Source: Escherichia coli | Lineage (GTDB): Bacteria; Pseudomonadota; Gammaproteobacteria; Enterobacterales; Enterobacteriaceae | Length of the DNA stretch: 64,000 nt | Direction: 5' to 3' (one strand) | Assembly: GCF_003018115.1 (NCBI RefSeq) | Contig: NZ_CP027457.1 | In this document: one piece after another, positions 11,422-22,858 of the stretch | How the letters are laid out: each line of letters opens with the position of its first letter | Numbering within the stretch: position 1 is the first letter of the stretch | Position numbers and translations under genes: made by a program | The notes under the pieces: model-generated | What the model was told of the DNA's origin: nothing | The model's database searches: none | The model's input: the letters and a program-made list of their open reading frames with translations, nothing else

Positions 11422-12540
11422 ATGACTGGAGATAACACCCTCATCCATTCTCACGGCATTAACCGTCGTGATTTCATGAAGCTTTGTGCAGCATTAGCCG
11501 CCACCATGGGGTTAAGTAGCAAAGCCGCTGCAGAGATGGCCGAATCGGTTACTAACCCGCAGCGTCCGCCAGTTATCTGGATTGGCGCGCAGGAGTGCAC
11601 CGGTTGTACGGAATCTCTGCTTCGTGCAACGCATCCAACGGTAGAAAACCTCGTACTGGAGACTATCTCTCTGGAGTATCACGAAGTGCTTTCCGCCGCC
11701 TTCGGTCATCAGGTCGAAGAGAACAAACATAACGCTCTCGAGAAGTACAAAGGGCAGTATGTGTTAGTGGTGGATGGTTCCATCCCATTAAAAGATAACG
11801 GTATTTATTGCATGGTTGCCGGTGAGCCGATTGTGGATCACATCCGCAAAGCGGCGGAAGGCGCAGCAGCCATTATCGCTATCGGTTCCTGCTCTGCGTG
11901 GGGCGGTGTTGCCGCAGCTGGAGTTAACCCAACTGGCGCAGTCAGCCTGCAAGAAGTTCTGCCAGGCAAAACCGTTATCAATATTCCGGGCTGCCCGCCG
12001 AACCCGCACAACTTCCTCGCGACCGTTGCGCACATCATCACTTACGGCAAACCGCCGAAACTGGATGACAAAAACCGTCCGACCTTCGCCTATGGCCGTC
12101 TGATTCACGAACACTGCGAACGTCGCCCGCACTTCGATGCTGGTCGTTTTGCCAAAGAGTTCGGTGATGAAGGCCACCGCGAAGGCTGGTGCCTGTACCA
12201 CCTCGGCTGTAAAGGGCCAGAAACTTACGGCAATTGCTCAACGCTGCAATTCTGCGATGTTGGCGGTGTGTGGCCGGTGGCGATTGGTCACCCGTGCTAT
12301 GGCTGTAACGAAGAAGGTATCGGCTTCCATAAAGGCATCCATCAGCTTGCCAACGTCGAAAATCAGACTCCGCGTTCACAGAAACCGGATGTTAACGCTA
12401 AAGAGGGCGGCAACGTCTCTGCAGGCGCTATTGGTTTGCTCGGCGGTGTGGTTGGGCTGGTTGCCGGTGTCAGCGTGATGGCGGTGCGTGAACTGGGTCG
12501 TCAGCAAAAGAAAGATAACGCTGACTCACGGGGAGAATAA
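11422..12540 (+). CDS. hybO: hydrogenase 2 small subunit (Tat signal)
   Basis: 372 aa; twin-arginine motif RRDFMK near N-terminus; Cys-rich FeS ligand region. Confidence 0.95.
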   Translation: MTGDNTLIHSHGINRRDFMKLCAALAATMGLSSKAAAEMAESVTNPQRPPVIWIGAQECTGCTESLLRATHPTVENLVLETISLEYHEVLSAAFGHQVEENKHNALEKYKGQYVLVVDGSIPLKDNGIYCMVAGEPIVDHIRKAAEGAAAIIAIGSCSAWGGVAAAGVNPTGAVSLQEVLPGKTVINIPGCPPNPHNFLATVAHIITYGKPPKLDDKNRPTFAYGRLIHEHCERRPHFDAGRFAKEFGDEGHREGWCLYHLGCKGPETYGNCSTLQFCDVGGVWPVAIGHPCYGCNEEGIGFHKGIHQLANVENQTPRSQKPDVNAKEGGNVSAGAIGLLGGVVGLVAGVSVMAVRELGRQQKKDNADSRGE

Positions 12541-12542
12541 CC

Positions 12543-13529
12543 GTGAACAGACGTAATTTTATTAAAGCAGCCTCCTGCGGGGCATTGCTGACGGGCGCGC
12601 TGCCGTCTGTCAGTCATGCGGCTGCTGAAAACCGCCCGCCAATTCCGGGATCGCTGGGGATGTTGTACGACTCGACCTTGTGCGTAGGCTGCCAGGCTTG
12701 CGTCACCAAGTGTCAGGATATCAACTTCCCTGAACGTAACCCGCAAGGGGAACAGACCTGGTCGAACAACGACAAACTGTCGCCGTATACCAATAACATC
12801 ATTCAGGTGTGGACCAGCGGCACAGGGGTCAACAAAGACCAGGAGGAGAACGGCTACGCGTACATTAAGAAACAGTGTATGCACTGCGTCGATCCGAACT
12901 GTGTCTCTGTGTGCCCGGTCTCTGCGCTGAAAAAAGATCCGAAAACCGGCATTGTCCATTACGACAAAGACGTGTGCACCGGTTGCCGTTACTGCATGGT
13001 CGCCTGTCCGTACAACGTGCCGAAGTACGACTACAACAACCCGTTTGGTGCGCTGCATAAGTGCGAGCTGTGCAACCAGAAAGGTGTGGAACGTCTCGAT
13101 AAAGGCGGTCTGCCTGGCTGCGTAGAAGTGTGCCCGGCGGGCGCGGTGATTTTCGGTACGCGTGAAGAGCTGATGGCGGAGGCGAAAAAACGTCTGGCGC
13201 TGAAGCCTGGCAGCGAATACCACTATCCGCGTCAGACGCTGAAATCTGGCGACACTTACCTGCATACGGTGCCGAAATATTATCCGCATCTGTACGGCGA
13301 GAAAGAGGGCGGCGGTACTCAGGTTCTGGTACTGACGGGTGTGCCTTATGAAAATCTCGACCTGCCGAAACTGGACGATCTTTCTACCGGTGCGCGTTCC
13401 GAAAATATTCAACACACCCTGTATAAAGGCATGATGCTACCACTGGCTGTGCTGGCGGGCTTAACCGTGCTGGTTCGTCGCAACACCAAAAACGACCATC
13501 ACGACGGAGGAGACGATCATGAGTCATGA
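12543..13529 (+). CDS. hybA: hydrogenase 2 ferredoxin-type 4Fe-4S subunit
   Basis: 328 aa; GTG start; Tat motif RRNFIK; multiple CxxCxxCxxxCP ferredoxin motifs. Confidence 0.95.
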
Positions 13530-14697
13530 TCCAAAACCGCTGGGCGGCAAAATCATCAGTAAACCGGTCATGATTTTTGGACCGTTAATCGTCATCTGTA
13601 TGCTCCTGATTGTGAAGCGTCTGGTGTTCGGTCTGGGCTCTGTCTCCGACCTGAACGGCGGCTTCCCGTGGGGCGTGTGGATCGCGTTTGACCTGCTGAT
13701 TGGCACCGGCTTTGCCTGTGGCGGCTGGGCGCTGGCGTGGGCGGTATACGTCTTTAACCGTGGGCAATACCATCCGCTGGTGCGTCCGGCGCTGTTGGCG
13801 AGTCTGTTTGGTTACTCACTGGGTGGTTTGTCGATCACTATCGACGTGGGTCGCTACTGGAACCTGCCGTACTTCTACATTCCGGGTCACTTCAACGTGA
13901 ACTCGGTACTGTTCGAGACGGCGGTCTGTATGACCATCTACATCGGCGTGATGGCTCTGGAGTTTGCTCCGGCACTGTTTGAACGTCTGGGCTGGAAGGT
14001 GTCGCTACAGCGTCTGAACAAGGTGATGTTCTTCATCATCGCGCTCGGTGCGCTGCTGCCGACCATGCACCAGTCTTCAATGGGGTCGCTGATGATCTCG
14101 GCGGGCTACAAGGTGCATCCGCTGTGGCAGAGCTATGAAATGTTGCCGCTGTTCTCGCTGCTGACGGCGTTCATCATGGGCTTCTCGATTGTCATCTTTG
14201 AAGGTTCGCTAGTGCAGGCGGGTCTGCGTGGCAACGGTCCGGATGAAAAGAGCCTGTTCGTCAAGCTGACCAACACCATCAGTGTGTTGCTGGCGATTTT
14301 CATCGTGCTGCGCTTTGGCGAGCTTATCTATCGCGACAAGCTGTCGTTAGCGTTTGCCGGTGACTTCTACTCCGTGATGTTCTGGATTGAAGTCCTGCTG
14401 ATGCTCTTCCCGCTGGTCGTTCTGCGTGTGGCGAAGCTGCGTAATGATTCCCGCATGCTGTTCCTGTCAGCACTGAGCGCACTGTTAGGTTGTGCAACCT
14501 GGCGTCTGACCTATTCGCTGGTGGCATTCAACCCGGGCGGCGGTTACGCCTACTTCCCGACCTGGGAAGAACTGTTGATTTCTATTGGTTTTGTGGCTAT
14601 TGAGATTTGCGCTTACATCGTACTCATTCGTCTACTGCCGATACTTCCTCCTTTAAAACAAAACGATCATAATCGTCATGAGGCGAGCAAAGCATGA
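13519..14697 (+). CDS. hybB: hydrogenase 2 integral membrane cytochrome-type subunit
   Basis: 392-aa polytopic membrane ORF; overlaps hybA by 11 nt. Confidence 0.95.
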
Positions 14698-16397
14698 GCC
14701 AGAGAATTACTATTGATCCGGTAACCCGTATTGAGGGGCATTTACGCATCGATTGCGAAATCGAAAATGGCGTCGTTTCGAAAGCATGGGCTTCCGGTAC
14801 CATGTGGCGCGGCATGGAAGAGATCGTGAAAAACCGCGATCCGCGCGATGCATGGATGATTGTGCAACGTATCTGTGGCGTATGTACTACCACTCACGCG
14901 CTGTCTTCCGTTCGTGCGGCAGAAAGTGCGCTGAATATCGACGTTCCGGTTAACGCGCAATACATCCGTAACATCATTCTGGCTGCGCACACCACGCATG
15001 ACCATATCGTTCATTTCTATCAGCTTTCGGCGCTGGACTGGGTGGACATCACTTCTGCACTGCAAGCTGACCCAACCAAAGCCTCCGAAATGCTGAAAGG
15101 CGTTTCGACCTGGCATCTGAACAGTCCGGAAGAGTTCACCAAAGTTCAGAACAAGATCAAAGATCTGGTTGCCAGCGGTCAGTTGGGCATTTTCGCCAAC
15201 GGCTACTGGGGTCATCCGGCGATGAAACTGCCGCCGGAAGTGAACCTGATTGCGGTAGCGCACTACCTGCAGGCGCTGGAGTGCCAGCGTGACGCTAACC
15301 GCGTCGTGGCACTGCTGGGCGGTAAAACGCCGCACATTCAGAACCTGGCGGTAGGTGGGGTCGCTAACCCGATCAACCTCGACGGTCTGGGCGTGCTGAA
15401 CCTTGAGCGCCTGATGTACATCAAGTCTTTCATCGACAAGCTGAGCGACTTTGTTGAACAGGTTTATAAGGTTGATACCGCGGTTATCGCCGCGTTCTAC
15501 CCGGAATGGCTGACGCGCGGTAAAGGTGCGGTGAACTACCTGAGCGTGCCGGAATTCCCGACCGACAGCAAAAACGGCAGCTTCCTGTTCCCGGGCGGCT
15601 ACATTGAGAATGCGGATCTGTCCTCGTATCGTCCGATCACTTCTCATTCCGATGAATACCTGATCAAAGGCATTCAGGAAAGCGCGAAGCACTCCTGGTA
15701 TAAAGACGAAGCGCCGCAGGCACCGTGGGAAGGTACCACCATTCCGGCTTACGACGGTTGGTCTGACGACGGTAAATATTCCTGGGTGAAATCGCCGACT
15801 TTCTACGGCAAAACGGTAGAAGTGGGTCCGCTGGCTAATATGCTGGTGAAACTGGCGGCAGGTCGCGAATCTACCCAGAACAAACTGAATGAAATCGTTG
15901 CGATTTATCAGAAACTGACTGGCAACACGCTGGAAGTGGCACAGCTGCACTCCACGCTGGGCCGTATTATTGGTCGTACCGTTCACTGCTGTGAATTGCA
16001 GGATATCCTGCAAAACCAATACAGTGCACTGATCACCAATATCGGCAAAGGCGATCACACCACCTTTGTGAAGCCGAACATTCCGGCAACGGGTGAGTTC
16101 AAAGGTGTTGGCTTCCTCGAAGCGCCGCGCGGTATGCTCTCTCACTGGATGGTTATTAAAGACGGTATCATCAGCAACTACCAGGCGGTTGTTCCATCAA
16201 CCTGGAACTCTGGTCCGCGTAACTTCAATGATGACGTCGGTCCTTACGAGCAGTCGCTGGTGGGTACACCGGTTGCCGATCCGAATAAACCGCTGGAAGT
16301 GGTGCGTACCATTCACTCCTTCGACCCGTGCATGGCCTGTGCGGTACACGTAGTGGATGCTGACGGCAACGAAGTGGTTTCAGTGAAGGTTCTGTAA
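14694..16397 (+). CDS. hybC: hydrogenase 2 large [NiFe] subunit
   Basis: 567 aa; N-terminal RICGVCTTTH and C-terminal DPCMACAVH Ni-Fe ligand motifs. Confidence 0.96.
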   Translation: MSQRITIDPVTRIEGHLRIDCEIENGVVSKAWASGTMWRGMEEIVKNRDPRDAWMIVQRICGVCTTTHALSSVRAAESALNIDVPVNAQYIRNIILAAHTTHDHIVHFYQLSALDWVDITSALQADPTKASEMLKGVSTWHLNSPEEFTKVQNKIKDLVASGQLGIFANGYWGHPAMKLPPEVNLIAVAHYLQALECQRDANRVVALLGGKTPHIQNLAVGGVANPINLDGLGVLNLERLMYIKSFIDKLSDFVEQVYKVDTAVIAAFYPEWLTRGKGAVNYLSVPEFPTDSKNGSFLFPGGYIENADLSSYRPITSHSDEYLIKGIQESAKHSWYKDEAPQAPWEGTTIPAYDGWSDDGKYSWVKSPTFYGKTVEVGPLANMLVKLAAGRESTQNKLNEIVAIYQKLTGNTLEVAQLHSTLGRIIGRTVHCCELQDILQNQYSALITNIGKGDHTTFVKPNIPATGEFKGVGFLEAPRGMLSHWMVIKDGIISNYQAVVPSTWNSGPRNFNDDVGPYEQSLVGTPVADPNKPLEVVRTIHSFDPCMACAVHVVDADGNEVVSVKVL

Positions 16398-16891
16398 TGC
16401 GTATTTTAGTCTTAGGGGTCGGCAATATTTTGCTGACCGATGAAGCCATCGGTGTGCGGATTGTCGAAGCGTTAGAGCAACGATACATTCTGCCGGATTA
16501 TGTTGAGATCCTCGATGGCGGCACGGCGGGAATGGAGCTGCTTGGCGACATGGCAAATCGCGATCATCTGATTATTGCGGATGCCATTGTGTCGAAGAAG
16601 AGCGCGCCGGGAACGATGATGATCCTGCGGGATGAAGAAGTTCCGGCGTTGTTTACCAACAAAATCTCTCCGCATCAGCTTGGCCTGGCCGACGTCTTGT
16701 CGGCCCTGCGCTTCACCGGCGAGTTTCCGAAAAAGCTGACCCTGGTCGGCGTAATTCCGGAATCACTGGAGCCGCACATCGGCTTGACGCCGACGGTCGA
16801 AGCGATGATTGAACCTGCGCTTGAGCAGGTTCTGGCTGCGCTGCGTGAATCTGGCGTGGAAGCTATCCCACGGGAGGCGATTCATGACTGA
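16397..16891 (+). CDS. hybD: hydrogenase 2 maturation endopeptidase
   Basis: 164 aa; start overlaps hybC stop. Confidence 0.94.
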   Translation: MRILVLGVGNILLTDEAIGVRIVEALEQRYILPDYVEILDGGTAGMELLGDMANRDHLIIADAIVSKKSAPGTMMILRDEEVPALFTNKISPHQLGLADVLSALRFTGEFPKKLTLVGVIPESLEPHIGLTPTVEAMIEPALEQVLAALRESGVEAIPREAIHD

Positions 16892-17372
16892 AGAGATAGC
16901 AGGTTTCCAGACCTCCCCGAAGGCGCAAGTACAGGCAGCGTTTGAAGAAATTGCCCGGCGTTCGATGCACGATCTCTCTTTTCTGCATCCTTCAATGCCG
17001 GTGTATGTTTCTGATTTTACGCTGTTCGAAGGTCAGTGGACGGGGTGTGTGATCACCCCGTGGATGCTGAGTGCAGTTATCTTCCCCGGCCCGGATCAAC
17101 TCTGGCCGCTGCGCAAAGTGAGTGAAAAAATTGGTCTGCAACTGCCGTATGGCACCATGACCTTTACCGTTGGCGAACTGGACGGTGTTTCGCAATACCT
17201 CTCCTGTTCGCTGATGTCACCGCTTTCGCACAGTATGTCGATTGAAGAGGGCCAACGCCTGACGGATGACTGCGCACGAATGATCCTTTCGCTGCCTGTC
17301 ACGAATCCGGATGTTCCACACGCAGGGCGTCGCGCCCTGCTGTTTGGTCGCAGGAGTGGCGAAAATGCATGA
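16884..17372 (+). CDS. hybE: hydrogenase 2-specific chaperone
   Basis: ORF trimmed to ATG at 16884 (MTEEIAGFQ...) giving 162 aa. Confidence 0.9.
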   Translation: MTEEIAGFQTSPKAQVQAAFEEIARRSMHDLSFLHPSMPVYVSDFTLFEGQWTGCVITPWMLSAVIFPGPDQLWPLRKVSEKIGLQLPYGTMTFTVGELDGVSQYLSCSLMSPLSHSMSIEEGQRLTDDCARMILSLPVTNPDVPHAGRRALLFGRRSGENA

Positions 17373-17706
17373 GTTGTCGCTTTGCCAGAGTGCCGTTGAA
17401 ATTATCCAACGGCAGGCGGAGCAGCACGATGTTAAGCGCGTCACCGCCGTGTGGCTGGAAATTGGCGCGCTCTCCTGCGTTGAGGAGAGCGCCGTCCGTT
17501 TTAGTTTTGAAATTGTCTGCCACGGAACGGTGGCGCAAGGGTGCGATTTACATATCGTCTATAAACCCGCCCAGGCCTGGTGCTGGGATTGCAGCCAGGT
17601 GGTGGAGATTCATCAGCACGATGCGCAGTGTCCGCTCTGTCACGGCGAGCGGTTGCGTGTCGATACCGGCGATTCGCTGATCGTCAAAAGTATTGAAGTT
17701 GAATAA
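17365..17706 (+). CDS. hybF: hydrogenase nickel-incorporation protein (HypA paralog)
   Basis: ORF trimmed to ATG at 17365 (MHELSLCQS...) giving 113 aa; CxxC...CxxC zinc motif. Confidence 0.92.
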   Translation: MHELSLCQSAVEIIQRQAEQHDVKRVTAVWLEIGALSCVEESAVRFSFEIVCHGTVAQGCDLHIVYKPAQAWCWDCSQVVEIHQHDAQCPLCHGERLRVDTGDSLIVKSIEVE

Positions 17707-17718
17707 CCGGAGTTAACA

Positions 17719-17967
17719 ATGTGTATTGGCGTTCCAGGCCAGGTGCTGGCTGTCGGTGAAGATATTCACCAGCTTGCGCAGGTTGAAGTATGTGGTATCA
17801 AGCGCGACGTGAATATCGCCCTGATTTGTGAAGGTAACCCTGCCGATCTGCTGGGCCAGTGGGTGCTGGTACACGTCGGATTTGCCATGAGCATCATCGA
17901 CGAAGATGAAGCCAAAGCCACATTAGACGCACTGCGCCAAATGGATTACGACATTACCAGCGCGTGA
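17719..17967 (+). CDS. hybG: hydrogenase maturation factor (HypC paralog)
   Basis: 82 aa beginning MCIGVPGQV (HypC-family N-terminal Cys). Confidence 0.93.
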
Positions 17968-17980
17968 TGATTAGCTTTCG

Positions 17981-18062
17981 TAGGTCTGATAAGACGCGGC
18001 AGCGTCGCATCAGGCATTGTGCTCGATTGCCGGATGCGGCGTGAACGCCTTATCCGGCCTGG
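17981..18062. repeat. REP element pair (BIME)
   Basis: taggtctgataagacgcggcagcgtcgcatcaggc and gccggatgcggcgtgaacgccttatccggcc palindromic units between hybG and yghU. Confidence 0.75.
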
Positions 18063-18082
18063 ATGGCTTGCTGCGACGAACG

Positions 18083-18955
18083 CTAACCCTTACCCCGACG
18101 TTTATCTTCCGTATTCGTCTCAAAATCACTGGCGTCATGGCGCTCATGCAACTGCTCGTTCAGCGGCCCGTTGGTGCGGTTAACAATACGCCCACGTTTC
18201 ACCGCCGGACGTTCGCCCACTTCTTTTGCCCAGCGTTGCACATGCTTATAACTGCCCGCATCAAGAAACTCTGCGGCATCATATACGCCGCCTAATACCA
18301 CGTTGCCAAACCACGGCCAAATCGCCATATCCGCAATGGTGTACTCATCGCCTGCAACAAACTTATGCTGCGCCAGTTGCTTATCCAGCACGTCGAGAAG
18401 GCGCTTGGCTTCCATGGTAAAGCGATTGATGGCGTACTCAATTTTCACCGGCGCGTAATGGTAAAAGTGACCAAAACCACCGCCGAGGAACGGTGCCGCG
18501 CCCTGTAACCAGAACAGCCAGTTCATCGTTTCAGTACGTTTTGCCAGATCCTGCGGCAGGAAGTAGCCAAATTTCTTCGCCAGATAAAGCAGAATCGATC
18601 CTGACTCAAACACGCGGATCGGCGGATTATGGGTATGATCGCGCAGCGCCGGGATCTTCGAATTTGGGTTCACTTCGACAAAGCCGCTGGAGAATTGATC
18701 GCCATCGCCTATGCGTATCAGCCAGGCATCGTACTCTGCACCAGTAACGCCCAGCGCCAGCAGCTCCTCAAGCATAATCGTTACTTTCTGACCGTTCGGC
18801 GTTCCCAGCGAATAAAGTTGCAATGGATGTTTGCCAACGGGCAGCGTTTTTTCATGCGTCGGACCAGAAACCGGGCGATTGATATTGGCGAACGCGCCGC
18901 CAGCGGATTTATCCCACGTCCAGACTTTCGCGGGCTGATAAGTATTGTCTGTCAT
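18083..18955 (-). CDS. yghU: glutathione S-transferase-like protein (Nu class)
   Basis: ORF trimmed to Met at 18955 (MTDNTYQPAKVWTWDK...), ~290 aa. Confidence 0.9.
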   Translation of the reverse strand: MTDNTYQPAKVWTWDKSAGGAFANINRPVSGPTHEKTLPVGKHPLQLYSLGTPNGQKVTIMLEELLALGVTGAEYDAWLIRIGDGDQFSSGFVEVNPNSKIPALRDHTHNPPIRVFESGSILLYLAKKFGYFLPQDLAKRTETMNWLFWLQGAAPFLGGGFGHFYHYAPVKIEYAINRFTMEAKRLLDVLDKQLAQHKFVAGDEYTIADMAIWPWFGNVVLGGVYDAAEFLDAGSYKHVQRWAKEVGERPAVKRGRIVNRTNGPLNEQLHERHDASDFETNTEDKRRGKG

Positions 18956-19159
18956 AGTGAGTTGCCTTCTGAGTGGTAGTGTTGAAGCAGTGTAGCAGGT
19001 CACTTGCTGTACAGAATGTGAATTTTTTAACCCTTTGCGCCAGCCGCTGCGATGAGGTGTATGATTAGTCTGACCTCTGTCCGGTTAATGTCGCTGAGCA
19101 GGTAATCAGAGCACAACAATTACGCCAACTGCTTAGGTTGTATTGTTAAAGGTAAAGTG

Positions 19160-21019
19160 ATGAGCAAAGGAACGACCAGCCAGGATGCCCCGTTCGGGAC
19201 ATTATTGGGCTACGCCCCAGGTGGGGTAGCAATCTACTCTTCAGATTACAGTTCTCTCGATCCGCAGGAATACGAAGATGACGCCGTATTCCGTAGCTAT
19301 ATCGACGACGAATATATGGGCCACAAATGGCAATGCGTTGAATTTGCTCGCCGTTTTCTCTTTCTGAACTACGGTGTGGTCTTTACTGACGTGGGTATGG
19401 CGTGGGAGATTTTCTCGCTGCGCTTCCTGCGTGAAGTGGTTAATGACAACATCCTGCCATTGCAGGCATTTCCTAACGGCTCGCCGCGTGCGCCGGTCGC
19501 GGGTGCGCTTCTTATCTGGGATAAAGGCGGTGAATTTAAAGACACCGGCCATGTCGCCATCATTACCCAATTGCATGGCAACAAAGTCCGTATTGCGGAA
19601 CAGAACGTGATTCATTCCCCGTTGCCGCAAGGGCAACAGTGGACGCGCGAACTGGAGATGGTGGTCGAAAACGGCTGCTATACCCTTAAAGACACTTTTG
19701 ATGACACCACCATTCTGGGCTGGATGATCCAGACGGAAGATACTGAATACAGCTTACCGCAGCCGGAAATTGCAGGCGAGCTGCTGAAAATCAGCGGAGC
19801 GCGTCTGGAAAACAAAGGCCAGTTTGACGGTAAATGGCTGGATGAAAAAGATCCGCTGCAAAACGCCTATGTGCAGGCCAACGGTCAGGTGATCAATCAG
19901 GATCCGTATCATTACTACACCATTACCGAGAGCGCCGAGCAGGAGCTGATTAAAGCCACCAACGAGCTGCACCTGATGTATCTTCACGCAACCGACAAGG
20001 TGCTGAAAGATGACAACCTGCTGGCGCTGTTCGACATTCCGAAAATCCTCTGGCCACGTTTGCGTCTCTCCTGGCAGCGTCGCCGTCACCATATGATCAC
20101 CGGTCGTATGGATTTCTGCATGGATGAGCGTGGTCTGAAGGTTTACGAGTACAACGCCGACTCCGCCTCATGTCATACCGAAGCGGGCTTGATCCTCGAA
20201 CGTTGGGCGGAGCAGGGCTATAAAGGCAACGGCTTCAATCCGGCGGAAGGGCTGATTAACGAACTGGCTGGTGCCTGGAAACACAGTCGTGCACGTCCGT
20301 TTGTCCATATCATGCAGGACAAAGATATCGAGGAAAACTATCACGCGCAGTTTATGGAGCAGGCGCTGCACCAGGCGGGCTTTGAAACGCGTATCTTGCG
20401 CGGGCTGGATGAACTGGGCTGGGATGCTGCCGGGCAACTGATTGATGGGGAAGGGCGACTGGTTAACTGCGTGTGGAAAACCTGGGCGTGGGAAACCGCG
20501 TTTGATCAGATTCGTGAAGTTAGCGACCGTGAGTTTGCTGCGGTGCCGATCCGTACCGGTCATCCGCAAAATGAAGTGCGTCTTATCGACGTATTGCTGC
20601 GCCCGGAAGTGCTGGTCTTTGAGCCGCTGTGGACGGTGATCCCCGGCAACAAAGCGATTCTGCCGATCCTCTGGTCGCTGTTCCCGCACCATCGTTACCT
20701 GCTGGATACCGATTTCACTGTTAATGATGAATTGGTGAAAACAGGTTACGCAGTGAAACCGATCGCCGGTCGCTGTGGCAGTAACATCGACCTCGTCAGC
20801 CATCATGAAGAGGTGCTGGACAAAACCAGTGGTAAATTTGCCGAGCAGAAAAACATCTATCAGCAACTGTGGTGTTTGCCGAAAGTGGACGGTAAATACA
20901 TTCAGGTATGTACCTTCACCGTTGGCGGCAACTACGGTGGGACGTGTTTGCGCGGTGATGAATCACTGGTTATTAAAAAAGAGAGTGATATTGAACCGTT
21001 AATTGTGGTGAAAGAGTAA
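19160..21019 (+). CDS. gss: bifunctional glutathionylspermidine synthetase/amidase
   Basis: 619 aa from ATG at 19160 (MSKGTTSQDAPFG...); N-terminal CHAP-like amidase region and C-terminal synthetase region. Confidence 0.95.
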   Translation: MSKGTTSQDAPFGTLLGYAPGGVAIYSSDYSSLDPQEYEDDAVFRSYIDDEYMGHKWQCVEFARRFLFLNYGVVFTDVGMAWEIFSLRFLREVVNDNILPLQAFPNGSPRAPVAGALLIWDKGGEFKDTGHVAIITQLHGNKVRIAEQNVIHSPLPQGQQWTRELEMVVENGCYTLKDTFDDTTILGWMIQTEDTEYSLPQPEIAGELLKISGARLENKGQFDGKWLDEKDPLQNAYVQANGQVINQDPYHYYTITESAEQELIKATNELHLMYLHATDKVLKDDNLLALFDIPKILWPRLRLSWQRRRHHMITGRMDFCMDERGLKVYEYNADSASCHTEAGLILERWAEQGYKGNGFNPAEGLINELAGAWKHSRARPFVHIMQDKDIEENYHAQFMEQALHQAGFETRILRGLDELGWDAAGQLIDGEGRLVNCVWKTWAWETAFDQIREVSDREFAAVPIRTGHPQNEVRLIDVLLRPEVLVFEPLWTVIPGNKAILPILWSLFPHHRYLLDTDFTVNDELVKTGYAVKPIAGRCGSNIDLVSHHEEVLDKTSGKFAEQKNIYQQLWCLPKVDGKYIQVCTFTVGGNYGGTCLRGDESLVIKKESDIEPLIVVKE

Positions 21020-21035
21020 TACATGTTGTAGCAAT

Positions 21036-21068
21036 CCCGTACTGATTATGAAGAATAGTCAGTACGGG
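21036..21068 (+). terminator. candidate terminator after gss
   Basis: perfect 10-bp inverted repeat cccgtactga ... tcagtacggg with 13-nt loop; weak U-tract. Confidence 0.35.
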
Positions 21069-21310
21069 GATTAATCAAAATATTCAATATTTATATATTC
21101 AAATATTTATTCATTTCATATGTGAATACATTAACCAGCAGAATGCCTGTGTTCTAATTATTTCTAAAGATTTTTAATGAATGCTTATTGTCTGATACAC
21201 AAGAAATAACACTCTTTTTATCGTTAAAAAATGATATTTCACTTTGCCCACACCGTTAAAGTCACTGATAATGCGTCCGTTCGTAAATTCAAAATGGCGT
21301 AATCTAATAT

Positions 21311-22810
21311 ATGCTAAATTTATTTGTTGGCCTTGATATATACACAGGGCTTTTGTTATTACTTGCTCTGGCATTTGTGTTGTTCTACGAAGCAATCAAT
21401 GGTTTTCATGACACGGCGAATGCGGTGGCAACCGTTATTTATACTCGTGCCATGCAACCACAACTTGCTGTGGTGATGGCGGCATTTTTTAACTTTTTTG
21501 GCGTGTTATTGGGCGGACTTAGCGTTGCCTATGCCATTGTCCATATGTTACCAACCGATTTGTTGCTGAATATGGGGTCAACCCACGGCCTGGCGATGGT
21601 CTTTTCCATGCTGCTGGCGGCGATTATCTGGAACCTGGGAACGTGGTTCTTCGGTTTACCGGCCTCCAGTTCGCACACCTTGATTGGTGCGATTATCGGC
21701 ATCGGTTTAACCAACGCGCTGTTAACCGGCTCATCGGTGATGGATGCGTTAAACCTGCGTGAAGTGACCAAAATTTTCTCCTCGCTGATTGTTTCCCCTA
21801 TCGTCGGCCTGGTCATTGCGGGAGGCCTGATATTCCTGCTGCGACGCTACTGGAGCGGAACGAAAAAGCGTGACCGTATTCACCGCATTCCGGAAGATCG
21901 CAAAAAGAAAAAAGGCAAACGTAAGCCGCCATTCTGGACGCGTATTGCGCTGATTGTTTCCGCTGCGGGCGTGGCGTTTTCACACGGCGCTAACGACGGG
22001 CAGAAAGGGATCGGCCTGGTGATGCTGGTACTGGTGGGGATTGCCCCTGCTGGCTTCGTCGTCAATATGAACGCGTCCGGCTATGAAATTACCCGTACCC
22101 GCGATGCCGTCACCAACTTCGAACACTACCTGCAACAGCATCCTGAACTGCCGCAGAAGTTGATTACGATGGAACCTCCATTGCCTGCGGCATCTACTGA
22201 TAGCGCGCAAGTGACGGAGTTTCACTGTCATCCGGCAAATACCTTTGATGCGATTGCGCGCGTTAAAACGATGCTGCCAGGCAATATGGAAAGTTACGAG
22301 CCGTTAAGCGTAAGTCAGCGCAGCCAGCTGCGCCGCATTATGCTGTGCATCTCTGATACCTCCGCGAAGCTGGCGAAACTGCCAGACGTCAGTAAAGAAG
22401 ACCAGAACCTGCTGAAAAAACTGCGCAGCGATATGTTAAGCACCATTGAGTACGCTCCGGTGTGGATCATCATGGCGGTAGCACTGGCGCTCGGCATTGG
22501 CACCATGATTGGCTGGCGTCGTGTTGCGATGACCATCGGTGAGAAGATTGGTAAGCGCGGCATGACGTATGCGCAAGGCATGGCGGCACAAATGACGGCG
22601 GCAGTGTCTATCGGTCTTGCCAGTTATATTGGGATGCCCGTCTCTACAACACACGTACTCTCATCTGCAGTTGCAGGGACGATGGTGGTGGACGGCGGTG
22701 GGTTACAGCGTAAAACGGTAACCAGCATCCTGATGGCGTGGGTATTTACTTTACCGGCGGCGATTTTTCTTTCTGGTGGGCTGTACTGGATAGCATTGCA
22801 GTTGATTTAA
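21311..22810 (+). CDS. pitB: low-affinity inorganic phosphate transporter
   Basis: 499-aa polytopic membrane ORF with PiT-family [10 protein letters not shown] motif. Confidence 0.93.
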   Translation: MLNLFVGLDIYTGLLLLLALAFVLFYEAINGFHDTANAVATVIYTRAMQPQLAVVMAAFFNFFGVLLGGLSVAYAIVHMLPTDLLLNMGSTHGLAMVFSMLLAAIIWNLGTWFFGLPASSSHTLIGAIIGIGLTNALLTGSSVMDALNLREVTKIFSSLIVSPIVGLVIAGGLIFLLRRYWSGTKKRDRIHRIPEDRKKKKGKRKPPFWTRIALIVSAAGVAFSHGANDGQKGIGLVMLVLVGIAPAGFVVNMNASGYEITRTRDAVTNFEHYLQQHPELPQKLITMEPPLPAASTDSAQVTEFHCHPANTFDAIARVKTMLPGNMESYEPLSVSQRSQLRRIMLCISDTSAKLAKLPDVSKEDQNLLKKLRSDMLSTIEYAPVWIIMAVALALGIGTMIGWRRVAMTIGEKIGKRGMTYAQGMAAQMTAAVSIGLASYIGMPVSTTHVLSSAVAGTMVVDGGGLQRKTVTSILMAWVFTLPAAIFLSGGLYWIALQLI

Positions 22811-22819
22811 CCTTCCTGA

Positions 22820-22856
22820 AAATGCCCGGTCCTGGCGATCGGGCATTTCCATTTTT
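22820..22856. terminator. terminator between convergent pitB and yghT
   Basis: hairpin aaatgcccg-N11-cgggcattt followed by ccattttt. Confidence 0.5.
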
Positions 22857-22858
22857 GG

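Noticed and set aside
12501-13415. 304-aa minus-strand ORF
   Set aside because: Antisense to hybA; low-complexity Arg/His-rich translation; no independent support.
14742-16145. 467-aa minus-strand ORF
   Set aside because: Lies wholly antisense inside hybC, which has strong motif support; arginine-rich shadow frame typical of GC-rich coding DNA.
20168-20866. 232-aa minus-strand ORF
   Set aside because: Antisense within gss.
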